From a virus (Duplodnaviria; Caudoviricetes), in the IMG/VR virus record IMGVR_UViG_3300032328_000934, positions 1 to 64,000 of that record: a stretch of DNA of 64,000 nt; one strand, written 5' to 3'. Positions 43,344 through 52,600 of this stretch are shown piece by piece. Below the pieces are notes generated by a model. That model saw nothing but the letters and a program-made list of their open reading frames with translations, did not search any database and was not told where the DNA came from. How positions within the stretch are numbered: the stretch's first letter is position 1; every line of letters begins with the position of its first letter. The position numbers and the translations under genes were made by a program.

Positions 43344-44893
43344 TGACAGATGTTTATAAAGAAGAAGAGCTCTCCCCTAGGCAAGAAGAACTGGTCACTG
43401 ACTTAATAGAACTTACTGATCGATTTGGTAAGTTTGGCCAAGGCGTTGACAGCGAGGGATCACACTACACTCCCGCAGAAAACAACCCATTCAAATCAGA
43501 GGGTTTAATCTGTGCTAACTGTGCGTTCTTTAGTCCAGATAGTAATGCTTGCTCAATTGTTATGGGTGTCATTGAACCAGAGGCAATTTGTAAGTTTTGG
43601 GTTATTGAGAATGCCGAGCTAGGTTCAGAACCGGAGGACATGCTTCAAGAAGAGGAATCGGCTATGGCCGCTCGTTACAGCGGTATTGACTTCTCGCCCC
43701 CAGCGGGTGTAAAAGCCGCCGCTAAACGTGGTCTTGCTTTGCACGACAAAGGACTCAGCGGTGACGGTCTTGAATCGGCTACTGTGCTATGGGCACGAAA
43801 GTATACACAGGGTAAACCTGTAAGCCCAGAGCGCGCTCGAATGGGTAATCGATTCTACGGAAGAAACGCTCGATTTGCGACCGCACCAAAAGACTCGCCT
43901 GCGTGGGTTTCGTGGTTGTTGTGGGGTGGGAGTTCTGGTCAAGGCTGGTTTGCAAAATTGGTCAAACAGATGGATGCAGCTGACAAAAAAAGTTCGGCAT
44001 CAGTGAGCGGTGCAATTTGTCTTGCAGAGGAGGCAATTGCAAACCCCTTCCTTAAGGAAATTTTTCTTATTCTTACGGATTTTGAGCCGAACGCAAATGG
44101 GGAAGGAATTCCACGTAGCGAGGCTGAAAATATTATAAAAACTTCTCGGTTGACGCCGATTAAGATAGCCGCAGACGAGAAGTCTTACGGTGGCCATACG
44201 GGAGCACACCCTGTAGGTGCGATCATCGAGTCATTTATGGATAACCATAATGGTAAAGATGTTATAAAAGCTCGCGCTTTTATTTGGAAAGACGAGTATC
44301 CCGCTATTTATGACCTTGTAAAGAGTCAAGCGTCCGAAGGTAATTTTATCGGTACTTCTTGGGAAGTTTACTACACTCATGCTGAGGAGGAGAAAGGTGT
44401 CCGCTGGCTTCGGGATGTAACGTTTGCAGGTACTTGTATTGTTGACAACCCTGCGTATGGAGATCGCACCCCGCTGCTTAGTGTCGCTGAAAAACAAACT
44501 ATGGATTTAAAAGAATTAGAAGACAAAGTAACAGAGCTGACTGCACTGATTACACAAAAGGAGATTACAATTAATGAGCTCGAGTCGAAAATCAATGTAT
44601 ACCAAGAAACCGACCGGCAAGCCCAAGCCGAGCGGCGGAAAGCGCAAGTAGCACAACAGTTAAGTGCTGTTTTTTCAGAAGCTGAAGTTTTGGAAAAACT
44701 TGCGTTTTACCTTGCCCTTGACGATGCTGTTATTCAGCAAGTACTTACCGATCTTACTAAGACGGTAAAGTCGACGTCGTCTGAAAAGAAAGAACCGGTC
44801 TTTGTTCCCGAGCCCACCGGTGCCCCGTCAAATCCGACTGATCCAAAAACTCTTGCGGCGGCAATCAAACAGAGCCTTAAGGATTCAAAGTAG
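43343..44893 (+). CDS. capsid maturation protease/scaffold fusion with N-terminal accessory domains
   Basis: CANC..C..C-W segment, PP.GVKAAAKRGL...WLLWGG domain, protease-like NANGE...GTSWE...PAY, C-terminal coiled coil. Confidence 0.7.
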   Translation: MTDVYKEEELSPRQEELVTDLIELTDRFGKFGQGVDSEGSHYTPAENNPFKSEGLICANCAFFSPDSNACSIVMGVIEPEAICKFWVIENAELGSEPEDMLQEEESAMAARYSGIDFSPPAGVKAAAKRGLALHDKGLSGDGLESATVLWARKYTQGKPVSPERARMGNRFYGRNARFATAPKDSPAWVSWLLWGGSSGQGWFAKLVKQMDAADKKSSASVSGAICLAEEAIANPFLKEIFLILTDFEPNANGEGIPRSEAENIIKTSRLTPIKIAADEKSYGGHTGAHPVGAIIESFMDNHNGKDVIKARAFIWKDEYPAIYDLVKSQASEGNFIGTSWEVYYTHAEEEKGVRWLRDVTFAGTCIVDNPAYGDRTPLLSVAEKQTMDLKELEDKVTELTALITQKEITINELESKINVYQETDRQAQAERRKAQVAQQLSAVFSEAEVLEKLAFYLALDDAVIQQVLTDLTKTVKSTSSEKKEPVFVPEPTGAPSNPTDPKTLAAAIKQSLKDSK

Positions 44894-45108
44894 TGTCGTA
44901 TGACATTCGTGAAGAACAACGAGTGTTCAATTTCTGTGTCTATCGTCAAGGAGACGAAAAGCCAATGCAGTGCTTTGAAACCGCCGATGAAGCGCAGGCA
45001 TATTGGATGGCTTTGAACGTGGCCGATGTAACTCAGGCGTCAGCTGAGTCTAAATCAGCTGTTTCAGCTTTAGCTACAGAGTTCAAAAAATTACTAAAAA
45101 GAGGTTAA
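44893..45108 (+). CDS. small head-region protein
   Basis: GTG overlaps upstream TAG; FCVYRQG...CFET..EA. Confidence 0.5.
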   Translation: MSYDIREEQRVFNFCVYRQGDEKPMQCFETADEAQAYWMALNVADVTQASAESKSAVSALATEFKKLLKRG

Positions 45109-45112
45109 ATAA

Positions 45113-45646
45113 ATGGCTGTAATTGTAACTACTCAAAACAGCACTCAAGGTGTGGCCGCTACTACCATTATGGAAGGTCGAGCCGTCACCCTGACTGCTT
45201 CGGGCGTCAGAAATGACTTGCCCAATGTCACTTACGCGTCTGTGAATCAGGAACGCGGCGTATTTATTGCGTTTTTCCCACCTGATAATTTCCCACGCCC
45301 CACTTACGAGGATCTGTACACGGTGCCGTCAACGCGCGTTTATGATCTTACTGACAGCACTTTGTATGGCGATCCAACGTTCTACAAGAAGCAATATCTT
45401 ATTCCTCGTAGCATGTGGGCTGAACCGCTTGCATACAGCGGTGAGTTAGTTGCATTGCATCGAGGTCGAATTGGTATTACCTCTAGTTGTTTTGTCGATG
45501 ACGCCAATATTCGCGTCCCCGGTGCCCGCGTGGCAGTCGGCGGTTCTGGTATGCTGGTCTACACTACTAATAACTTGTACACAATTGCCGTTGTTGAGCG
45601 TTTCGCTCCTGATACCGGCGTCTTGTACATTAGCATGGGAGTATAA
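45113..45646 (+). CDS. putative capsid decoration/cement protein
   Basis: 177-aa beta-rich protein between scaffold and major capsid. Confidence 0.55.
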   Translation: MAVIVTTQNSTQGVAATTIMEGRAVTLTASGVRNDLPNVTYASVNQERGVFIAFFPPDNFPRPTYEDLYTVPSTRVYDLTDSTLYGDPTFYKKQYLIPRSMWAEPLAYSGELVALHRGRIGITSSCFVDDANIRVPGARVAVGGSGMLVYTTNNLYTIAVVERFAPDTGVLYISMGV

Positions 45647-45649
45647 CGA

Positions 45650-46594
45650 ATGAATAAAGAAGCTTTAATGAAGTCTGTTGCCGAAGTAGCAAAGACGGCC
45701 GGTACCTCACAGTCAGGTAAATCGGCATTTGCCGAGTTGCTTATTCAACTTGTAGAGCCCAATCACTTGTCTCTTGACTTGTTCTCGACTTTTATGCCGA
45801 GCCGACAAGCGAGCCTGAATGACGTTGCCATCAAGCGCGTACGCCGCGGTAAATACTCGGTTCAATCAATGGTACCGGGTACTTCCCATCTTGTGTCACA
45901 GCCAACGACTGTGCACGATTATCATAGCTACGTCTTCGATCGTTTGATCGGCGGTGTGCGTGAAAGTCTCTGGAATGTGCAAAACGGCGCGGTTCAAACT
46001 GTCGATCAAATGCGTCAGCAACTGCAATTCGATCTGACCGACAACCTTGTTGCCCGTGTGTTTAACTTGTTGACCTCAACTTGGAATTCGACGGACACCC
46101 CCAGTCACTACGCCCAAACCGCCGCAATCACTGCTGCCGGTATGGACACGATGATTGAAAACGTTATGTACACGGCCGGTACCGTCAAAGCTATTATCGG
46201 TACTCGTCGATCGCTTTTGCCTATGTACAAGTTTGCGGGTTTTAAAGAATACGCTTACGCTGATGGCAACGGTCGTATTGCTTACCCAATAAACGACAAG
46301 TTGATGGAATACCTCAACACCAGCCGTGTGGCTGTGTACATGGGTGTACCCATTATTGAACTGCCGCAAGTATTCCGCAATCAATTGCCTAACTTGCGTG
46401 AGCCACTCATTCCCGAAGATAAGATCATCGTGGTGGGTGACAACGCCGGTGAAATTTTGATGTACGGTGGTACTGAATACTACGAATCAACTGATGCATC
46501 AATCCAACCACCCGACTACGTGCTCCATGCGTGGATGCAGTACGGTATGGTTGTGGACATGCCTGAAAATATCGGTGTAATTAAGATCGTCTAA
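45650..46594 (+). CDS. major capsid protein (HK97-fold, inferred)
   Basis: 314 aa, position after scaffold/decoration genes, C-terminal ...YGMVVDMPENIGVIKI. Confidence 0.75.
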   Translation: MNKEALMKSVAEVAKTAGTSQSGKSAFAELLIQLVEPNHLSLDLFSTFMPSRQASLNDVAIKRVRRGKYSVQSMVPGTSHLVSQPTTVHDYHSYVFDRLIGGVRESLWNVQNGAVQTVDQMRQQLQFDLTDNLVARVFNLLTSTWNSTDTPSHYAQTAAITAAGMDTMIENVMYTAGTVKAIIGTRRSLLPMYKFAGFKEYAYADGNGRIAYPINDKLMEYLNTSRVAVYMGVPIIELPQVFRNQLPNLREPLIPEDKIIVVGDNAGEILMYGGTEYYESTDASIQPPDYVLHAWMQYGMVVDMPENIGVIKIV

Positions 46595-46605
46595 GGAGCA
46601 TAACA

Positions 46606-47118
46606 ATGGCAATGAACAACATATATCACATGATGCAGGGTAGCGCTTATAAGCGATACACTAAAGTTCCCATCAACTTGGTTGGCGGCCTTCGTGTTGA
46701 CCCGACTGACACTCGATTGCAGATTGGATGGATACTACACACGGATGAAACTGACTTTGATTTCGCCACCAAGAAACGTATGCGGTTCGTGTATGAAAAT
46801 GAGGTTATTGAAATCTACTCAGAATCTGAAGATAAGTTATTTCGAAAATTAAACTCGGGGTTGTTTCGTGCAGGTTTGTTAAAAGAATTTTTCGAAACTG
46901 ATGAAATAGTTAATTCTCCAAATTTTGTAGATGACTCTGAAATTAGTCGAATAGTAGAGATTCGGTCGCTGACTGAATTTCAGGCAACGATTGCCAAGTT
47001 TGACGCTCTCGCTACTCTTGAGCGAATCAAACAACAACTTATAGATCAAGGTAAATCCGTTAAAAAAGTACAGCTTTTAGAAAATAGAATAAAAGAGGTA
47101 AGTGATGTCGTGGACTGA
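46606..47118 (+). CDS. hypothetical head-associated protein
   Basis: AAGGAG RBS, follows major capsid. Confidence 0.6.
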   Translation: MAMNNIYHMMQGSAYKRYTKVPINLVGGLRVDPTDTRLQIGWILHTDETDFDFATKKRMRFVYENEVIEIYSESEDKLFRKLNSGLFRAGLLKEFFETDEIVNSPNFVDDSEISRIVEIRSLTEFQATIAKFDALATLERIKQQLIDQGKSVKKVQLLENRIKEVSDVVD

Positions 47119-47479
47119 CCAAGCCCTTACAGTACGGGCAGCTTCTGAGTCTTTTTTAGTTGACACTTGTACCGTTCGTACGTTTAATGGCTACAGTACT
47201 ATTGACGGTGAATACACAGAATCCTTTACAAATGTAAACAACATTCCCTGCCGGTTAATAAATCGGCAGGGAAGTGTTGTACAACAACCTGATTCGCAGG
47301 AACGTGCTATGCAACTTCTGACGTCAGTAAATACTATTAGAATACAACTTCCATATGCAGTGGCTCTTACCGAAAAAGATAAAATTATTTATAACAACGT
47401 TACCTACGATGTAACGTATGTACCAGTAAAGCACAGTCTTATGGGAGCGTTTGTAGTACAAATTGAAAAAAGAAAATGA
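47102..47479 (+). CDS. head-closure/adaptor-like protein
   Basis: DTCTV...IPCRL...LPY...D.I.Y....Y.V pattern and synteny. Confidence 0.6.
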   Translation: MMSWTDQALTVRAASESFLVDTCTVRTFNGYSTIDGEYTESFTNVNNIPCRLINRQGSVVQQPDSQERAMQLLTSVNTIRIQLPYAVALTEKDKIIYNNVTYDVTYVPVKHSLMGAFVVQIEKRK

Positions 47480-48003
47480 ACTCCGCCGAAAAAATAGAAA
47501 GATTTATTGCCTATTACGAGCGTCTTCCAGAGAACGTAACGTTAGTCATAAAAAGACAATTAGAGTCAAGTATCGTTGAGTATTTAAACTCGCTAACTCC
47601 TGATGAAACGTATCGAGCACTGGCAGATCTTAACGGCGGTGTAGTTCCGGACACGTTACCTGCGCTACCATCACACCGAGTTCACGTTTCTGAACGAGTG
47701 CCTGACGAGATAGTTGACCGATTAGAGTCGCACATATATACAAACGCTATTATGGACTTATATAAACTCGGCCACGAACTCACGTTAGCGATTACTAGTG
47801 AAAGAATAAACGTGAACTCGGTTAGTAAAATGGTAGATCAGGCGGTGGCTACTGCCGCGGAAGATAGCAACCCAGTACTAAACGCGAGCTTAAATAGCTT
47901 TATTGCTTCTATTTGTACCCCGATCTACGATAAGTTTGCCGCGGACATTGTAGTAGATGTTAATAAAGAAGTAGCAGCCCGCGTTAATTCACTATTCAAA
48001 TAG
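47476..48003 (+). CDS. hypothetical neck-region protein
   Basis: Synteny. Confidence 0.55.
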   Translation: MNSAEKIERFIAYYERLPENVTLVIKRQLESSIVEYLNSLTPDETYRALADLNGGVVPDTLPALPSHRVHVSERVPDEIVDRLESHIYTNAIMDLYKLGHELTLAITSERINVNSVSKMVDQAVATAAEDSNPVLNASLNSFIASICTPIYDKFAADIVVDVNKEVAARVNSLFK

Positions 48004-48010
48004 GAAACAC

Positions 48011-48445
48011 ATGATAGTAAATGCTCTTTTTCCCAATGTCTGGCGTATAGTAGCCCGTGCAATCACGCAAATCTCCGGCCAGTATGGAGGGAGGGTTTAC
48101 TATAATGTCGCACCTTCTGATACTTTATACCCATATTTAATATACCAACATGACTCAAGTCTCGGTGGTATTTATGGGATGTTGAACACAACCGCATGGA
48201 AAGGAATTATAACATTTCGATCGCTATCTTCCAGCCTTGCGGGTGCGTCGGATAGTTTAGGGGATCTGCTTAATAAGCTTGATCGCCCACTTGTGGTGAG
48301 CGGGATCCCTAATATTACGATTCCATTTGACGTGCAGTTTCATCCATACAAAAGTTATTCGTTCCCTGTGGAACGTTTAAATAACTCGGCAGTCTACACG
48401 TCTGCCGTTGGAGTTGAGACATACATCACTCCAAAATTAACGTGA
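48011..48445 (+). CDS. tail completion/terminator-like protein
   Basis: GRVYYNVAP....YPYLIYQ pattern; precedes tail tube. Confidence 0.65.
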   Translation: MIVNALFPNVWRIVARAITQISGQYGGRVYYNVAPSDTLYPYLIYQHDSSLGGIYGMLNTTAWKGIITFRSLSSSLAGASDSLGDLLNKLDRPLVVSGIPNITIPFDVQFHPYKSYSFPVERLNNSAVYTSAVGVETYITPKLT

Positions 48446-48467
48446 TACTAATTAGGAGAAAATACAA

Positions 48468-48899
48468 ATGTCACTTGTAAGAGGAATCGAGGGTTTTTTA
48501 AAGATCTACAACTCCGCCACGTCCAGCTACGATAACGTTGACTTCGTTTCGCAATGGCAGGCTTCACTTCGTACCAACCAAGTCGATGCCGGTCCTTTCT
48601 TGAACGACGGCGGTAAAATGTACACGTTCACTACGACCAAGCGTATTAATGGTAGCTTTCAAATCACGCTGCCACTTGACAATCGTGCAACTCACACGCG
48701 CTTGATCAACGTCTCAAACTCGGGGGAATATATTGCAATTAAGCTGGTAGCTAAAGCAGGTTACACGATGACTGTTCCTTCGGCCATCCTGACCGGTTAT
48801 CAAATTACTAACGCCGCAAACAATGAAGTCACTATGAGTTTTGACTTCATGGATAACGGTGGGTTCTCAGTGGCACCCGCAATTAGCGGAGATTACTAA
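48468..48899 (+). CDS. tail tube (major tail) protein
   Basis: 143-aa beta-rich protein, W......VD...., followed by strong terminator. Confidence 0.7.
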   Translation: MSLVRGIEGFLKIYNSATSSYDNVDFVSQWQASLRTNQVDAGPFLNDGGKMYTFTTTKRINGSFQITLPLDNRATHTRLINVSNSGEYIAIKLVAKAGYTMTVPSAILTGYQITNAANNEVTMSFDFMDNGGFSVAPAISGDY

Positions 48900-48904
48900 A
48901 TAGT

Positions 48905-48949
48905 AAACAGCCTCCTCCAAATAAAAACTGGAGGAGGCTGTTTTTTTTT
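48905..48949 (+). terminator. intrinsic terminator after tail tube gene
   Basis: AAACAGCCTCCTCCA/TGGAGGAGGCTGTTT stem plus long T run. Confidence 0.92.
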
Positions 48950-48968
48950 ATATTAAAAGGAGTATTAC

Positions 48969-49370
48969 ATGATTGATTATGCATTTGGTTCGGGAGAGTA
49001 CTACGAAAGCGTAGACGATTTATTACGAGATGACTCAATTCTCGAGGTCGATATTACTATAAAAGGTTTATCGAAGCGGGTGCGTATTCGCGCACTGTCG
49101 TTCTTGCAGATGGAAAAGATTAATCAACAGTCGTCAAAAAACGGCGAGATTGATAACATTGAATTTACGGTTAACACTTTGGCAGAGGGCCTCGTTCGCC
49201 CTAAGATGAACCCAGCACAGGCGCGTAAGCTTTTAGAGGCTAATGGGGAGGTCGTACGTGAAGTCGCAGAAAATATTTGGACGCTTGGAAAAATTAGCAA
49301 AGACATGTTCGACAAGTACATCCAGACACTACAAAAAGACGCCGACTTATCGACCGACAAGTCGGAATAA
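48969..49370 (+). CDS. tail assembly chaperone (gpG-like)
   Basis: VRIRALS...L..GLVRPKM pattern; lies between tube and tape measure. Confidence 0.7.
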   Translation: MIDYAFGSGEYYESVDDLLRDDSILEVDITIKGLSKRVRIRALSFLQMEKINQQSSKNGEIDNIEFTVNTLAEGLVRPKMNPAQARKLLEANGEVVREVAENIWTLGKISKDMFDKYIQTLQKDADLSTDKSE

Positions 49371-49632
49371 CGGTATACACTTATTTCTTCGTACTGCCGA
49401 ATCGACTCGGGAGGAACTGGGCATGTGGGTAGATCATTTTCTTCTACCTACTCAGTTCAATGCGTTACACGCTAAGAGTCTATCAGCGCTTACCTACGCA
49501 CATTTGGCAGTCGTTATTGTAGCAAGACTGAGGTCACTCGAAGGTAGTGTGAGACGAAAGGAGAAACAGGCTATTGAGAAAGAAAGAATTGAATTACGGA
49601 AAGAGGCCGATCTATTAGAACAATTTTTATAG
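49336..49632 (+). CDS. gpT-like extension (frameshift product or separate ATG at 49423)
   Basis: Open +1 frame overlapping the gpG end; ELGMWV...QF pattern. Confidence 0.5.
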   Translation, partial: KTPTYRPTSRNNGIHLFLRTAESTREELGMWVDHFLLPTQFNALHAKSLSALTYAHLAVVIVARLRSLEGSVRRKEKQAIEKERIELRKEADLLEQFL

Positions 49633-49642
49633 GAGGTAAATA

Positions 49643-52600
49643 ATGGCCGATGAGATACAGAAAGCAACAGAAGATTTAAAACTACTGTTGCAGGCTTTGG
49701 AGGCTGTCAACGCAACTGAAAAGGGAGCAGCGCAGATTAAACCAGTGCTGGCAGAAATAGGCGGTAAAGAAGGTTTAGACGCATATAAAAGTGTAGCTGA
49801 TTCAGCTGAAGCAGGAGTTTACCTGAGTCAATTGAACTCAATGATCAAGGCGCACGAGCAAATAAATAGACTTATTCAGGAACAGATTCAACTAACTAAA
49901 ACAGCAACCGAGTCAATGTCATCAAAACCAGCTCAAGGGGCAGATCAGTCTTGGTGGAATACAGTTGAACCCGCCCAAGTCTCAGTTCAAGCTCCAGCTC
50001 CAGCAGTCCCTGCTCAAGCCCCAGCAGCTCCGAGCAGGCCTGCCCCCGTGCGTGTGTCGAGATCTTCAAGTGAACCGGTTGTTCTTCCCGTAGATCACAG
50101 AGATTCTACACAATACGCTTTGGTAAGCAGCAACACGGCACCGCCGTTAAGAAGTAGTGTCGGAAACCGCCCGCAAGGAGTTTCTGATACAGAATCAATT
50201 ATTAAATACATTTCGGAAAATCCACATTTGCTTGCAACTCCTGCGGGTACCTACGACGAGGCAACAACTAAGAAAATAGTATATCTTCAACAATTAGTTG
50301 AAAGGGCATTGAAAGGGAAATCGAATAAAAATGCAGAAGCACTAATAGTCAATCAATTCAGAAGTTTATTTCCTGTAACAAAGGACTCTACTTTTCGTCA
50401 ATTACAGGGCAGTGTAGGAGATCGTCCTGCTGGAATGGACTCACTTGAAAAAATTGTACAGTATGTCTCACAAAATCCCGAGCAATTGGCGGCTGTTTCT
50501 GAAAATACACATACTGAAGAGACTGTTGAAAGATTAAATTCTTTTTTACAAGGGATTGCAAAAACTCGTTCGGGACGTGCTGACTCTGCAACTAGAGTTC
50601 AAACTGTACTTGATTTTAGAAAACTTTTTCCTAAAGATTCTTCCAAAGTTGCAACCCAAGATTCACGCGCCGTACTTATCGATACAATAAAAAGCGTGTT
50701 TAGTCATATAGGCATGGCTGATATGCCAGCCATTCAAAATTTACCTGAAGCAAACGACCAGTATATAATGGATCTTTTAAAGGATTCGATTGCGCGAGTC
50801 GGGGTAGTTAATCCGGATACAGGTCGGGTGAACGTAGCCAACTTAGAAGTCACACCTACGCCCTCAAGACTGGTTCGCATTATACGTGGATTAGGGAGAG
50901 TTGTTAAACAAGCAATTACGCGCCGTTCAGTCAGCACATCTGAGGTAGACGCGAGTGATCTATCTGCAGAAGTAATAACACAAGTAGAAGATTTTAGAGA
51001 ATCTGACCCTATTGAAGAACAGGTGCTGGCTGATGAAATAGGCGGAAAAATTTTTAAACCAATAGGTAATAGTGGCGGTGGCACAGTCTATGCGAGATCA
51101 AGCAGGTTTACAAATAATAAAGCGCAAGAGTCGTTGCGAAATTCAATACGAGGTAATAAAGATTATAAAGAAAATGTAGAAGAAATTCAGGATAAAGTGG
51201 CTAATGCTCAAGGTACTGATGTAACTGGCTATGATGCTTCGTCCGTATTTCCAATATCTAGTGTTCAATCAATATCCCAAAGTATTAAGGCCCAACGCGA
51301 GCAAGTAAACGAAGAAATTGTTGCCGGTAAGTTTAAAGAAGTTGAAATTGGCGGCAGAATTTACAGATTACCTGAAACTTTAGCAAACAAACAAGTGGCT
51401 ATTGCTCGCGCCGCTCACTCGATGAGTAAAGATACTAGTCTTGTAGGTAGACGCGCTCGAAGTGATAGAAAAGGTGGCATAGGTATTTACGGTGCCGCTT
51501 CTATACAGGATGAGACAATCAACTTACACGCCGCGGCAATGCTCGAGCATTATCTTAGCAACCCAGAAGAACCAATAGAATCTAGTTTAGATTCTCAGTT
51601 TATGCGCGAGGTTGTAACTCAAGAATTAGATATAGATCAGCCTAGAGATGCTAATACTCAAAATGCTTTGCGCTTGTATGCACAACGTTCTATAGAATCT
51701 TTGCAATCAACAGCTGACTTTGCGTATGAGAATGTGGCCGCAGCTACAAACCCGGCAGGCAGGACTGCACAAGTAAACTTTGCAGAACGGACATTGCAGC
51801 AAAAAGCATTTATAGAAAAAATTCTTTCAGCCAAGACTTCCAGAGAAGAGCGCGGCAGGATGTTAGATATACCTAAGCGTGTTTTGACCCCAGAATTGCA
51901 AGAACAACGAAATCAAATACAAAAGAAAGCAATTCAAAATTTACTAGATCAAGGTCATAGTGCAGATAAAATAAAAGAACTTGCAGAAAGTTATGCTGAG
52001 GGTACATTAACTCCTGAACAGCGACGTCCACTTCAGGAGTTAATCGACTTTGATACACATAATGAAAGAACCGTAGAAGTAGAGGGTGAGTATGAACCTT
52101 TAACAATTGATCAGGCATTAACGTATATCTACGGTGCTGATATTGCAGCAGTACCTAAGTTTGAGGACGCCTCCATAGGTATACGAAGATATGCTACTAA
52201 AGTCAGCAAAGGGCTTGCTAAAAAGGGAGTCGCCCGTCCGGCAAGGCCTTACCGAACTAAAACTACTTTCGGTAAAATTATGGGTACTGCAACAAATGAG
52301 GGAATGTACGAATCGCTGGATGATAAACTTAAAAAAGAATCTAGTTTTGAAGATCAGCTGAGCTCAGTTGGGCTTAGAGGTACAGAGCGTGATTACCGAG
52401 ATGCAGAAAGACCGGGTGTTGCTCCAGATACTGCACTAACCGGTCCTAATATGACTCGACCGTTAATGATGCGGCAAGAAATATATGATTTAGTAGACGA
52501 TTTTTTTGGGCTCTCTACTGATAAAAACGCTGGCCTACTGAGCACCGTCAACTACGCGAGTCAACTCACAGATGGAAAAAGTGCAATAAATACTCCAGAG

